Source of the DNA: Candidatus Omnitrophota bacterium
Lineage (GTDB): Bacteria; Omnitrophota; Gorgyraeia; Zapsychrales; Zapsychraceae
DNA length: 64,000 nucleotides
Assembly: GCA_015233405.1 (NCBI GenBank)
Contig: JADFXT010000006.1
Span: 67,848-131,847, forward strand
Direction of reading: 5' to 3'
Positions within the stretch are counted from its first letter, which is position 1. Every line of letters starts with the position of its first letter. The notes beneath the pieces were generated by a model. The model did not search any database, was not told the DNA's origin, and saw only the letters and a list, made by a program, of their open reading frames with translations. Both the position numbers and the translations under genes were made by a program. This document shows, piece after piece, positions 36,744-46,697 of this stretch.

Positions 36744-37973
36744 TTAGCTCACCTGATGTTTTAAGTTCCATTGGCCCTGTTTCTGCTCCCAGAGATGCGG
36801 CGGCCTGGCCTTATCGATAAGTTCATAAAACCGCTGTTCGGTAATCCCCATATATTCTAAGTTTTCCTTAAAATAAATTTGCGGGAACTCCCCATCAAAA
36901 CGGCGGATTAAAAGGACCGCCTCCTCTCGTCTAAGGTGTTCATTACGGACTTCTTGCGCGGCATCATTCGTGGCGCGTCCGATTCCAAATTTAATATAGT
37001 AAGTATAGTAATGAAACCAGTCGATCTTATCGTCAATGCTGTTATATTTGCTGTAACTGCCTTCGGTGCGCTCCACATTGGGATAGAAATCCGTGTTTTC
37101 AACAGAAAAATAATAAGCGGATTGGGGATCCCATTTGACATAATACCCTAAATAATGCACCCTTGTTTTCGTTTGCTCCAACAAATGAGGATTGGCCGGA
37201 AGATACGGCTCCAAATCTGAGCGAGTCAATCCATAATCCGTCATTAATTGTTTGGCGCTCACTCCTCCTAAAAATATTTCCTCAAGGCGACGATCAGCAG
37301 CATAATAAGAGTTATCTCTGATGGCTTTTGTATTATCCTGAATCGGGTTGCCATATTCCGCTTCATTCTCCCCATAAAACACCAAAGGAATGTTGTAAGT
37401 AATGGAAATTTTGGGAGCTAAATTTTTCTGCCCTAAAATAAATGGCTGAAAAGGATGCACTAAGTTTTCAAAAGCTAATTTTGTTAACAACCGATGGGCT
37501 TTCTGGTTAGGCATATGCGTAACATTATCAAAACCCGTATTGACCCAGGCCTGAAAATTGCGCCTACCCATATCTGTATAAATATGCGGCGGCCACGTCA
37601 CTAAAAGCGGATGCATTCCGTATTTATATTTTAAAAGATATGCGGCCTGAACACTGTCCTTTCCACCGCTTCCCGGGACGACGACATCATAGCTGCCGTC
37701 TTTGCTACGATAATGCGAAAGCATTTCTTTGAGTTCTTCTTCCCTTTGTTTCCAATCAATGGTCTTTTTCTTCTCGGCAAAACGGCAGGCCTCACAAACG
37801 CCGTCCTCATCAAAAAAGATGGTGCGCTTGCTGGAGCCTTTAATGTTCTTAAATTCGATGCTGGAAGACGGTCGTTGATTCGAGATAACGCATCTCTTAC
37901 AAAACTTAACATCGACCGGAAGGCCATACATCCCTGTTTGATTATGATTCGATTCTGAACGTTTTTTTGTCAT
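36744..37973 (-). CDS. N-acetyl sugar amidotransferase (WbuX/WbpG/PseA/PtmG family, PP-loop)
   Basis: 409 aa. N-terminal Cys4 (CKRCV...CEAC) plus the PP-loop VVVPGSGGKDS. Confidence 0.8.
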   Translation of the reverse strand: MTKKRSESNHNQTGMYGLPVDVKFCKRCVISNQRPSSSIEFKNIKGSSKRTIFFDEDGVCEACRFAEKKKTIDWKQREEELKEMLSHYRSKDGSYDVVVPGSGGKDSVQAAYLLKYKYGMHPLLVTWPPHIYTDMGRRNFQAWVNTGFDNVTHMPNQKAHRLLTKLAFENLVHPFQPFILGQKNLAPKISITYNIPLVFYGENEAEYGNPIQDNTKAIRDNSYYAADRRLEEIFLGGVSAKQLMTDYGLTRSDLEPYLPANPHLLEQTKTRVHYLGYYVKWDPQSAYYFSVENTDFYPNVERTEGSYSKYNSIDDKIDWFHYYTYYIKFGIGRATNDAAQEVRNEHLRREEAVLLIRRFDGEFPQIYFKENLEYMGITEQRFYELIDKARPPHLWEQKQGQWNLKHQVS

Positions 37974-37980
37974 AGGTTTT

Positions 37981-38586
37981 CTATAGGTTGATAAAGTTTT
38001 TTAAAATTTTTAAGCCAGCTTCGCGGCTTTTCTCCGGATGAAATTGGACCCCAAACACATTTCCTTTCTCGACAACAGCGACGAATTTATGGTCATTATA
38101 CGTCGATAATGCCACGACATCCGTGTAATTGACGAGCTCATAGGAATGCATAAAATAAAATTGTTCCTGAGCTGCGATTCCTTTCATGATTTTAGACGGT
38201 TTGATAGTTTCAACTGTCGACCATCCAATATGCGGAATGCGGCCTTTAACCGGCATTTTTAACACTTCGCCTCCAACGGCTGAAAGCCCGACGGTTTCTC
38301 CATATTCATAACCTTTTTCGGATAATATTTGCATCCCCAAACAAATGCCCAGAGTCGGTTTCTTAAGAACGCCTTCTTTGATATCCTTTAACCACGCAGA
38401 AATTTCGGACATAACATCCCGATATGTCCCCACACCCGGTAAAATGATTTTATCTACCTTTTTAAGATCTTTGGCCGAATGCAAAATAGATATCTTCATT
38501 CCCAAAGAGGTCGCCTCTAAGGCTTTTTTTATATTAAAAATGTTCCCCGCATTTCCGTAATCGATAATGCCAATTTTTTGTATCAT
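37981..38586 (-). CDS. hisH: HisH-like glutamine amidotransferase subunit (glycan-locus paralogue, WbuY-type)
   Basis: 201 aa. Motifs: ILPGVG, GICLGMQ (nucleophile Cys), VQFHPEKS. Confidence 0.85.
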   Translation of the reverse strand: MIQKIGIIDYGNAGNIFNIKKALEATSLGMKISILHSAKDLKKVDKIILPGVGTYRDVMSEISAWLKDIKEGVLKKPTLGICLGMQILSEKGYEYGETVGLSAVGGEVLKMPVKGRIPHIGWSTVETIKPSKIMKGIAAQEQFYFMHSYELVNYTDVVALSTYNDHKFVAVVEKGNVFGVQFHPEKSREAGLKILKNFINL

Positions 38587-39338
38587 AGAGAAACCTCGAT
38601 ATTTTTGGATTCCAGATGTTTTTTAATTTCTTTGATCTTAAGCACGTCATAATGGAGCACGCTGGCCACGGCGACAGCATCCACTTGTCCTTGTGTGATC
38701 ACACTTTCAATATGTTCTAAATTTCCAGCACCGCCGGAAGCGACCACAGGAATAGACACCGCCTGAGAAACATTCTTCATCAGTTCAATGTCGAATCCTT
38801 TCTTACGGCCTTCCGCATCCACCGCCGTCAATAGGATTTCTCCGGCGCCAAGGTCTTGGGCTTCTTTGGCCCACTCAATAGCGTCCTTGTTCGTCTTGAT
38901 GCGTCCGCAATCCGTATAACATTCCCACCAGCCGTCCCACTTTTTCGCTTCAATGGAAACAACTACGCACTGATTCCCGAACACTTTGGCGGATTCCCGA
39001 ATTAAATTCGGATTCTGGATGGCGTACGTATTCATCACAACTTTATCCGCGCCATGATGGAGCAATTTTGCAACATCATCCACGGTCTTGATGCCTCCGC
39101 CGACGCAAAAGGGGACAAAAATATTCTGGGAGGTTTTTTGAATGTACTCATAAAAGATTTCTCTTCTAAACAGGCTCGCGACACAATCGATATAAAAAAT
39201 TTCATCCGCGCCTTGCTCGTAATATTTTAAAGCCAGATCTTCCGGCTTCCCCATCTTTCGCCACCCCTCAAAATGAACCCCTTTGATCACATAAGGCGGC
39301 TTGACATCCAATCTCGCGATAATTCTGATTTTATTCAT
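38583..39338 (-). CDS. hisF: HisF-like cyclase/synthase subunit (glycan-locus paralogue, WbuZ-type)
   Basis: 251 aa. Motifs: RIIARLDVK, GGGI, GADKV, GAGEILLT, DAEGRKKGFD, VVASGGAG. Confidence 0.85.
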   Translation of the reverse strand: MNKIRIIARLDVKPPYVIKGVHFEGWRKMGKPEDLALKYYEQGADEIFYIDCVASLFRREIFYEYIQKTSQNIFVPFCVGGGIKTVDDVAKLLHHGADKVVMNTYAIQNPNLIRESAKVFGNQCVVVSIEAKKWDGWWECYTDCGRIKTNKDAIEWAKEAQDLGAGEILLTAVDAEGRKKGFDIELMKNVSQAVSIPVVASGGAGNLEHIESVITQGQVDAVAVASVLHYDVLKIKEIKKHLESKNIEVSL

Positions 39339-39373
39339 AATTTTCTCTCTATTCTTTTACAATCGTGATACTC

Positions 39374-40711
39374 TTAACCATTATTTTTTTCATTCTTCTG
39401 TGTCATTAAGCTAACCATAAAATCCCCGATCCTCTTTTTGACCAACCCGTCACATTTCATCCATCTTGACCGGGCAAGCGCTCTGGATGAAGCCAAAGAC
39501 TTCTGAGTTACCTCGTCGAACAAAAGCTGATCCAATAACGGCTTAAATTCTTCTTTAGAAGAGGCATGCAATCCTCCGCCTATATGCTCACACATTTCTT
39601 GACTAAAAATACCGCTAATATTTGCCGTCAGCATATTGATATCCAACGCAATCGCGTTTAAGTTCATTGTAGAATAATAAGAAATAAAAAAATCACTGGC
39701 ACACAACAGCTCTAAGGTTTCCAGGCCCTTGTCCTCAATAATCTTAGGATGTTTTAAAACCTCCGGGTCCAAATCATTATTTCTCGTCTGGGGATGCAAT
39801 TTGACGATGACCTTAAAATTCTCCGGCACCGACTCTAATACCGTCTTAACAATATAAGTATTGCTATCATATAATTCTGGACACCGCGAAAGCCCAACAG
39901 ACGGAATGATAATTAAAATAACCTTCTCTTGAGTTTTTAACCCTAATATATTGCGCGCATTAGTCCGCATAGGTTCTTTATTCAAGACTCCATCTTTATA
40001 AAATTGATCATGTTCAAGAAATCCAACCACAACCATTTTAGATTTCGGCCGGACTCCTTCTTGAAAGAAAAGCATTTTATGCCTTTCTCCGATAACCAAG
40101 AAAAATTTTTCTTCCCCATCCCCCAGGCATTTCGGCTCCCGATAAACCACACCCCATAACTCCCCCAATATCCTATAAACAGCCCTATTCCATGCGAGCC
40201 TTTTTTCTCGACAATAATTCATCATGTTAAAACTCTTCTTTCCTTCCCTTTCTTTGATATACTCTAACCATCTCTGCGAAAAAAATCGATAATAAGTCGC
40301 CGTTCTCTGTATGCTTAAAGTTGGGATCCCTCGTTTATTGGCAAGATTGATCACGGCGCGAGATAGCGTTTGCGTAGATACAGGAGTGAATATTATCTTT
40401 GGATTATATTGAGCAATTATTTTCTTGGCATAAATCCGTTCATAAATCCTTTCTATCAAGACATATATTCCTAACGTACCCAATATTCTTCTTAAGAAAA
40501 CGGATTTAATACAATTATCGTAAAAATTAAAATAATGATTCTCAATAGAAAATTCATCCAACAAAGGTTTACTGCTGTTTCCAAAATCAAAATAAAAAAC
40601 GATCGGCGTTAAAGAATATTTTTCTCTTAAATAAGCCAACAGAGGAATTGTATATTTTGCCGTATATCCAGCCCTTAAAATTACAATAATATTATTAGAC
40701 ATGTTCTGCAT
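39374..40711 (-). CDS. conserved hypothetical, putative GT-B-type transferase (paralogue A of 56860..58194)
   Basis: 445 aa. Motifs: IIVILRAGYTAKYTIPLL, LGDGEEKF, VGFLEHD, KLHPQ, FFISYYSTMNLNAIALDINMLT, RWMKCDG. It is collinear along its whole length with the 444-aa ORF at 56860..58194. Confidence 0.35.
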   Translation of the reverse strand: MQNMSNNIIVILRAGYTAKYTIPLLAYLREKYSLTPIVFYFDFGNSSKPLLDEFSIENHYFNFYDNCIKSVFLRRILGTLGIYVLIERIYERIYAKKIIAQYNPKIIFTPVSTQTLSRAVINLANKRGIPTLSIQRTATYYRFFSQRWLEYIKEREGKKSFNMMNYCREKRLAWNRAVYRILGELWGVVYREPKCLGDGEEKFFLVIGERHKMLFFQEGVRPKSKMVVVGFLEHDQFYKDGVLNKEPMRTNARNILGLKTQEKVILIIIPSVGLSRCPELYDSNTYIVKTVLESVPENFKVIVKLHPQTRNNDLDPEVLKHPKIIEDKGLETLELLCASDFFISYYSTMNLNAIALDINMLTANISGIFSQEMCEHIGGGLHASSKEEFKPLLDQLLFDEVTQKSLASSRALARSRWMKCDGLVKKRIGDFMVSLMTQKNEKNNG

Positions 40712-40718
40712 TTTAGAA

Positions 40719-41906
40719 TTACTCCAATCCTTGGATGTCGTAAAACTCTTTTTTAATAATATCTTTTAATGATGATTCCTTTAAGATCTTCTTAATTCGT
40801 CCGGCGGCGTTCCCCTCTCCATACAAATTAGGAGCCCGTTTTAAGGCCCTTTGAAAATCAACAGAATATAGCTTTTCAAAAACTTTTTTAATCGACGCTT
40901 TCGTCGGAGAACAATGAATAACACTTTGCCCGGCGATCCGTCCTTTCTGGCGATCTCCGATATCGATAGTCCCTATTTTAAAACAAGGGGTCTCGATAAG
41001 CCCGCTCGAAGAATTTCCTACGACCGCATCAACAAATTTCATCGTCGACAAATAATTCAATTGCCCCATGGAAACAAAAACTTTGGAACGCTTGGCATGC
41101 TCAGATACATATTTATCGATCATCTGATTGATCAGACGCCCGCCGAAATCAGCGTTGGATTTAGTAAAAACAATGAATGTGTCTTCCAGTTTCTCTAAGA
41201 CAGACAATAAATTCTTAAATTGTGTCCCCGCCGTATTGCCCTCTAGCGTAACCGGATGATAGGACACGAGAATGTTGCGCTTCTGAAACTTTACACCTAA
41301 AGCTTTCTCCAAATCCTCTTTCGACAAGAGCTTCATCTTTTTGATATTATCAATCCCCAAAGCCCCCACATTAAAAACTCGACGAGGATGCTCTCCCAAT
41401 TGAATGACGCGGTTTCGATAGACCTCTGTTGCCGTGCAATGCCAAACGCTCATTTTGGTGATCGAATGCCGCATCGCTTCATCCATCATCCCCCAGCTTG
41501 CCTCACCGCCGTATAAATGCATAATGGGAATGCGTAAGGTCATGGCCGCAATCGCCACGGCTAATGCCTCGAATCTGTCGCCTAACACGACCAGAATATC
41601 CGGATTTAATTCCTTTAACGCATCAACAAAACGGATAATCCCAACCCCGATGGATTTTCCCATGCCTTTATCGACATCAGGATTTAATGGAATTTTAACT
41701 TTCTGATCAATAAAAAAACCGTCCTTCTCGATCTGTCGGTAGGTCCAGCCAAATTCCGCAGACAAATGCATCCCCGAAACTAAAACCTTTAACCGCAAGT
41801 TTTGATCCTGCTTTATCTCGTCCATTAATGGTCTTAAAAGGCCGTAATCCGAACGCCCTCCGGTAAAAACGCATATTGTTCGCTTCTTTTGTCGTGTCTC
41901 AGACAT
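40719..41906 (-). CDS. neuC: UDP-N-acetylglucosamine 2-epimerase (hydrolysing), NeuC/LegG family (copy 1)
   Basis: Motifs: ICVFTGGRSDYGLL, VVLGDRFE, HLYGGE, MDEAMRHSITKMS. I set the start at ATG 41906 (AGGA 5 nt upstream); the ORF track extends to 41930. Confidence 0.8.
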   Translation of the reverse strand: MSETRQKKRTICVFTGGRSDYGLLRPLMDEIKQDQNLRLKVLVSGMHLSAEFGWTYRQIEKDGFFIDQKVKIPLNPDVDKGMGKSIGVGIIRFVDALKELNPDILVVLGDRFEALAVAIAAMTLRIPIMHLYGGEASWGMMDEAMRHSITKMSVWHCTATEVYRNRVIQLGEHPRRVFNVGALGIDNIKKMKLLSKEDLEKALGVKFQKRNILVSYHPVTLEGNTAGTQFKNLLSVLEKLEDTFIVFTKSNADFGGRLINQMIDKYVSEHAKRSKVFVSMGQLNYLSTMKFVDAVVGNSSSGLIETPCFKIGTIDIGDRQKGRIAGQSVIHCSPTKASIKKVFEKLYSVDFQRALKRAPNLYGEGNAAGRIKKILKESSLKDIIKKEFYDIQGLE

Positions 41907-41913
41907 TACTTTC

Positions 41914-42720
41914 CTATCCTTTATGATCATAACAGTCCAAAGCTAATTTTATATCTTCCTCTAACGTTACGCCCGTCGGAAAAAACTCGAAGGTCAGCCA
42001 TCCTTGATACTCGACCTTTTCTAAAGCCGCCTTGATTCCCCGGTGATCAAAGCCTTTTGCCCCGGGCGGGCTTAAAAAAGGATCATTAATATGCATATGC
42101 GCTATCCTGTTAGCGTATTTAATAATCTTTTCTTCACAAGGCTCCTGATTCATCCACATGCTTCCCGTATCCAACATCAACCTAAAACTGGGATGGTTGA
42201 CTTTCGCGACGAGCTGAGCAGACTCGTCAGCGGTCGTAAGAAAATCACACCCATATCCGGAGGAGACCGGCTCTAAGCATATTTGCACTCCCAAATCTTT
42301 CGCACAATGCGCCAAAGATAAAAAGAACGTCTCTGCGATAGCGCACGCCTTATCAAAAGGCATCTGGTCACGCTTACGATTCTTCCAGGAGCCGAATACA
42401 ATAAACTCCCCGCCCAGATCAGCGCAAAGCTCGATCATTTGCTTGACATAATCTTCGCAGCGTAACCGTAACGAATCCGTATCAAAAATCTTCAGCTCTT
42501 CATGGCCAAACAACAACGCTTGTAGTCCTATAACTTTGATTCCTTCCTCGGCGCAGAGATCTTGAACACTTTTTCGTTGCACTTTCGAAGTTGTAACAGG
42601 GTCATCCCATAATACCTTGGGAGCGATCTCTATGCCTTTAATGGGCGTCTGCGCAATCAAACGCACAACATCTCTAAACGATTTTTCCTTAAAAGCAAGA
42701 TTTGATATGCCAAGGATCAT
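41914..42720 (-). CDS. xylose-isomerase-like TIM-barrel protein (sugar phosphate isomerase/epimerase family)
   Basis: 268 aa. The alternating beta/alpha pattern with conserved acidic/His positions (LEPV, HMHINDP, TFEF) is typical of the AP_endonuc_2 fold. Assignment is by eye. Confidence 0.6.
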   Translation of the reverse strand: MILGISNLAFKEKSFRDVVRLIAQTPIKGIEIAPKVLWDDPVTTSKVQRKSVQDLCAEEGIKVIGLQALLFGHEELKIFDTDSLRLRCEDYVKQMIELCADLGGEFIVFGSWKNRKRDQMPFDKACAIAETFFLSLAHCAKDLGVQICLEPVSSGYGCDFLTTADESAQLVAKVNHPSFRLMLDTGSMWMNQEPCEEKIIKYANRIAHMHINDPFLSPPGAKGFDHRGIKAALEKVEYQGWLTFEFFPTGVTLEEDIKLALDCYDHKG

Positions 42721-42731
42721 CCGCTATGGCC

Positions 42732-43727
42732 TCAACTCATCTGTTCATGATTAAGAACGGACTTTAAATTATTCTTTCTTTTAATACGCTCTTCTTGGTG
42801 CCGCACAAAAAAATTCTCGCTGATCTTACCGAATAATAAAGCCTGTAAACCGATAAAGACCAAAATAATCTCTACCGCCTGAAAAATTCCCGGCGTTAGA
42901 ATATGAACCTGCGGCACAAACAAGGCCACCCCGGAAAAGATCGTTACAGCTAAACTTAAAGATAAAATCCCGCACAGCGCCGTATAATACGCAAGGTCTT
43001 GATTAAATGTGACGGTGAAAAAAGCCGTTACGAGGTCTAAGAGCGCCATATTCAAACGGCGAATGCTCGTATATTTGGAAACGCCATGGCCGCGGTGATA
43101 ATGCCTGATTGGCATCTCTTTGACTTTAAACCCTTGTTTAAAAGCATAGACGACGGCAAAACGATACAAGTCTCCATACAAAGATAAATACGCGATGACC
43201 TCTCTACGAAAACATTTGAGCCCTGAAAAATAATCCGCGAAATTTAACCCCGTAAGTTTTCTCATGACAAAATTAAATATTCTCGACGAAAAAATAACGC
43301 TCTTGGAATCAAGGCGGGAAACCCTTTTTCCCGAGACCAAATCCCAGCCGCTTTCCAATTCTTTGATCATCAAAGGAATATCCTGCGCATCATACTGAAG
43401 GTCGCTATCCATAAAAACAATATATTTGCCTTTCGCATATTCAACGCCCACCTCGAGCGCGGCAGCCTTCCCTTTTTTACGGAACAAATTGACAACCGTG
43501 ACGTTAGAATAGGTGTTATAAAGATGGGCCAATACTTTCTCGGCGCCATCATTAGAACCATCATTGACGAATACGACCTCAAAACTTTTTTGAGCCAGAC
43601 GCATGGCTTCTTTAACCTGATTAAATAACGGCTCTAAGTTTTTCTCCTCGTTATATCCGGGAGTCACAATAGAAACATCCACGCTTGAACCGTTTTTCTG
43701 GCACTCATTTTTTTGTACGAATTCCAT
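42732..43727 (-). CDS. polyprenyl-phosphate glycosyltransferase (GT2; GtrB/ArnC/DPM1-like) with C-terminal TM helices
   Basis: 331 aa. Motifs: VSIVTPGYNEEKNL, VFVNDGSNDG, FRKKGKAAAL, FMDSDLQYD, VSGKRVSR, RGHGVSKY. Two hydrophobic C-terminal helices. Confidence 0.8.
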   Translation of the reverse strand: MEFVQKNECQKNGSSVDVSIVTPGYNEEKNLEPLFNQVKEAMRLAQKSFEVVFVNDGSNDGAEKVLAHLYNTYSNVTVVNLFRKKGKAAALEVGVEYAKGKYIVFMDSDLQYDAQDIPLMIKELESGWDLVSGKRVSRLDSKSVIFSSRIFNFVMRKLTGLNFADYFSGLKCFRREVIAYLSLYGDLYRFAVVYAFKQGFKVKEMPIRHYHRGHGVSKYTSIRRLNMALLDLVTAFFTVTFNQDLAYYTALCGILSLSLAVTIFSGVALFVPQVHILTPGIFQAVEIILVFIGLQALLFGKISENFFVRHQEERIKRKNNLKSVLNHEQMS

Positions 43728-43737
43728 ATCTCCTCCT

Positions 43738-44706
43738 CTAGCTTGAGAGGGAATCTCCCTTTGGTCTTAAGATATCTAAAACAGTATTGATAGAAACCGC
43801 CCTGGCGCTATTGCTGGGACGATTCCTTTGAATAACATGATAAAAATTTTCTAAGGCATTCTTCAAATTATTATTCTCGTCAAACTGAAAAGTCTGTTGT
43901 TTTTCGATGATCTCTTTATCAAGAGAAAACCGTGTCCGCTTATACAGCGTGAGCGTTAAAACGTCTTTTTGGTCAGGAGCATAAATGATGGTCCCTTTTT
44001 CCCCGTAAATAATGACTTTTCTGTCTTTTTGCGGGCAATGGAGATTGATCTCAATCGTCCCCCGACAAGAATTCTGTTTAGATTGATAATGGATCACGGC
44101 GGCGGTCGGAACACCTTCCGTAACTAAAAACGAATCTGAAGAAAAAGTTAAATTCTCCAAAGGCAGAAAAATATCGAGAATCGAGAGCGCATGGCTTCCT
44201 AATAATAAATAAACATCATAGGGCAAAAAACGTCCAAGTTGTTTTAAAGAAATCGAGATGCTCTGAACATCTCCGATCATCCCTTGAAGGATCATATTTT
44301 GCGCAGCCTGCAAGCCTTGAGAATAAGTATACGTGTATTCAGTCTCTAATATGAGCCCTCGGGTCTTGGCTTGTTCGACAATGGATTGGGCTTCGTGGCC
44401 TATTACTGCCAGCGGTTTTTCGACCAAAATATTTTTGCCATGGCAAAGCGCCTCTGTGACTACGTCCACATGCGTATTAATCGGCGTTGCAATGATCACA
44501 TGAGAAACACCTTTATCATTCCACACGTCGTCGATATTCGCCGTAAATTCCGGGCCATAAGTTTGGGCGATCATGTCCGGCGACAATTTCTTTAAAGAAG
44601 GAAAGAAAACATAAGCGAGATGAAACTGGCTACTCTCCTTAAGATATTTATAGATCTTCTTTCCCCAATAGCCGTATCCAATTAATGCGACATTTTCTAT
44701 TTTCAT
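43738..44706 (-). CDS. Gfo/Idh/MocA-family NAD(P) oxidoreductase
   Basis: I set the start at ATG 44706 (MKIENVALIGYGYWGKKI Rossmann), an ATGA overlap with the upstream stop. ILVEKPLA motif. Confidence 0.8.
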   Translation of the reverse strand: MKIENVALIGYGYWGKKIYKYLKESSQFHLAYVFFPSLKKLSPDMIAQTYGPEFTANIDDVWNDKGVSHVIIATPINTHVDVVTEALCHGKNILVEKPLAVIGHEAQSIVEQAKTRGLILETEYTYTYSQGLQAAQNMILQGMIGDVQSISISLKQLGRFLPYDVYLLLGSHALSILDIFLPLENLTFSSDSFLVTEGVPTAAVIHYQSKQNSCRGTIEINLHCPQKDRKVIIYGEKGTIIYAPDQKDVLTLTLYKRTRFSLDKEIIEKQQTFQFDENNNLKNALENFYHVIQRNRPSNSARAVSINTVLDILRPKGDSLSS

Positions 44707-45857
44707 AGATGAAATAAACTCCCTTTGTCCCAAGCCTCATTAATTTCCAAGGCGATACGATTACATCGTGCCCCGGCTTTAAAACAAGTATGAGCATCCC
44801 AATCGGGGTCATGATTCGCAAGGACCATTCTGTTGAATTCCTTAAAATCATCCGTAACTTTCCCCAAAATCATATCCTTAAAAGAAGGGCTCGCCGTGCT
44901 GGAACAGCGATAAACATGCCCATCTGCGCCAAAAGTCATTTGATAATAACTATAGATACATTGTTTAAAACGCATTTTTTCTACGTCTTGGAATCCCGGC
45001 GGATGCCAGAAGATGTAAGGTTTCTCAGAGGTACTCAAAGATAAATGCGGCTGAACAATTTTTTCACATTTCTTTCCAAAAGGAATTTCCACGTTTTCAC
45101 GATACTTCCGGACATCTTTAAAATCTTTTCCATAAAGGTCATAGGGAACGGAGAACCTCAGCGAATCCACTTTGATATCCTTCATGATCTGGACAATCCC
45201 TTTAATTTCTTCGGGAGAAGAATTATAAGCGTTCATCAGATAACACACCCGAATCGATGGATAAGCCTTGTTCCCGCGCAGTTTAACGAGCATCCGTATC
45301 CCTTCGATAATCCGGGAAAAGAAATCCTCTTTTACATTCTTCGTCTTGCAATGGCTTTTGACCGTACCGGCATCCAAGCTTGTTGAAATATAATCCTGAG
45401 GAGAGTCCGCCAATCGAATAACCGACGAGCAAAACTTTCTCTGTTCTTCCAACTCAATAAATAAAGAACCATTCGTATGAATGCCGAAATAGTTATGATA
45501 TTTTTTTGTCAGCTTAAGGTAATCCAGCAAATATTCATTCATCAGCGGCTCGGTGTAGGCTCCTCCATAGATATAAAAAGGAATGGCCCCTTTCAGCTTC
45601 TCGAGAATGACAAGACCTTGCTCTTCCCAATGGCCAAGCCCACGGTCCAACGCCTTTCCCTGGCAATAATAACAATTAAAATTACACGGGGTTTTCCGGT
45701 CAGCCGGCAAATGAATTTCCATTTGCCTCGGATAAATCAGCTCTCCATTAAAAACCCGGGACACGTCATTACCCAAATGGTCACAAATAATTTTGGGGTA
45801 TTGATAACTTGAAGGCCGTTCGGCCTTCTTATGATTTGCTAATTTTTCTTTGGGCAT
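44703..45857 (-). CDS. radical SAM enzyme (no obvious SPASM or B12 domain)
   Basis: 384 aa. Triad CNFNCYYC, GGEP-like YIYGGAYTEPL, and scattered C-terminal Cys (ADGHVYRCSS..., CFKAGARC). Confidence 0.75.
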   Translation of the reverse strand: MPKEKLANHKKAERPSSYQYPKIICDHLGNDVSRVFNGELIYPRQMEIHLPADRKTPCNFNCYYCQGKALDRGLGHWEEQGLVILEKLKGAIPFYIYGGAYTEPLMNEYLLDYLKLTKKYHNYFGIHTNGSLFIELEEQRKFCSSVIRLADSPQDYISTSLDAGTVKSHCKTKNVKEDFFSRIIEGIRMLVKLRGNKAYPSIRVCYLMNAYNSSPEEIKGIVQIMKDIKVDSLRFSVPYDLYGKDFKDVRKYRENVEIPFGKKCEKIVQPHLSLSTSEKPYIFWHPPGFQDVEKMRFKQCIYSYYQMTFGADGHVYRCSSTASPSFKDMILGKVTDDFKEFNRMVLANHDPDWDAHTCFKAGARCNRIALEINEAWDKGSLFHL

Positions 45858-45895
45858 TTTTCTCCTGTTTTTTAAAAAACAACTAAACCGATATT

Positions 45896-46678
45896 TTATT
45901 TGTTACAACAAATCGCATAACATGACAACCCCGGCAGTTTTAACCCAATCTTCCTCAAAAATGCAGTCAACTTGTATTCTCCAACCAAAGTGTTCTTATA
46001 AACTTTATTAATAAAATCATTTCCCGCCCATCCTCCAATGCCTTTCTTTTCTTTCTGAAAAACAAGCCCCAGTTTTTCAAAAAAAACTTCAATGGCCCTG
46101 AAGATCAAAATAGACGGAAAAATATATCCGCTTTCAACAACCCTTAGGCCTGATTTTTCTATCGTATCCGACAACTGCTTGACGGTATATCTTCGACAAT
46201 GTCCAAGCCATTGGTCATGCAAAGAAAAAAGAGCCGGAAAAGCTGGCCCGGTAATTAAAAAAACGGCTTTATCATTAACGGCTTTACTCTTAACAATCCC
46301 TTCCAGCATACTGACTTCATCTTCGACGTGCTCTAAAACATCCAATAAAAGAACGGCATCGATACTTGCCTTTACGATCTTGCCATCGCCTAGCATATCC
46401 TCAAATGACCTATAAAGTGAAACGCGGGGATTTTGCTTAAAATACTCCTTGGTCCCTTCATCCAATTTGATATCCACCCCAATTAATTTCGTATCCGGCA
46501 AGAAACCTGAAACCCTTTCCAAAAAATATCCATCCCCGCAGCCAATATCCAAAATGGTCGACTGGGAGCTAATATGTTCCCTTATTAAACTAAATAATAT
46601 CTCCACCCTAGCCAATTCCCAAGGATGGCGTTGATATTTTTCGCTCGTCTTAAATACTGTTATTTCTCTGCAGTCCAT
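45896..46678 (-). CDS. class I SAM-dependent methyltransferase
   Basis: 260 aa. Motifs: ILDIGCGDGYF and LLLDVLEHV. Confidence 0.8.
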   Translation of the reverse strand: MDCREITVFKTSEKYQRHPWELARVEILFSLIREHISSQSTILDIGCGDGYFLERVSGFLPDTKLIGVDIKLDEGTKEYFKQNPRVSLYRSFEDMLGDGKIVKASIDAVLLLDVLEHVEDEVSMLEGIVKSKAVNDKAVFLITGPAFPALFSLHDQWLGHCRRYTVKQLSDTIEKSGLRVVESGYIFPSILIFRAIEVFFEKLGLVFQKEKKGIGGWAGNDFINKVYKNTLVGEYKLTAFLRKIGLKLPGLSCYAICCNK

Positions 46679-46697
46679 CTGTGTCGTCCTGAAATGT

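Noticed and set aside
37981-39338. hisH/hisF as part of a histidine biosynthesis operon.
   Set aside because: No other his genes are adjacent. The pair is translationally coupled to a WbuX-type amidotransferase, which is the known glycan-locus arrangement.
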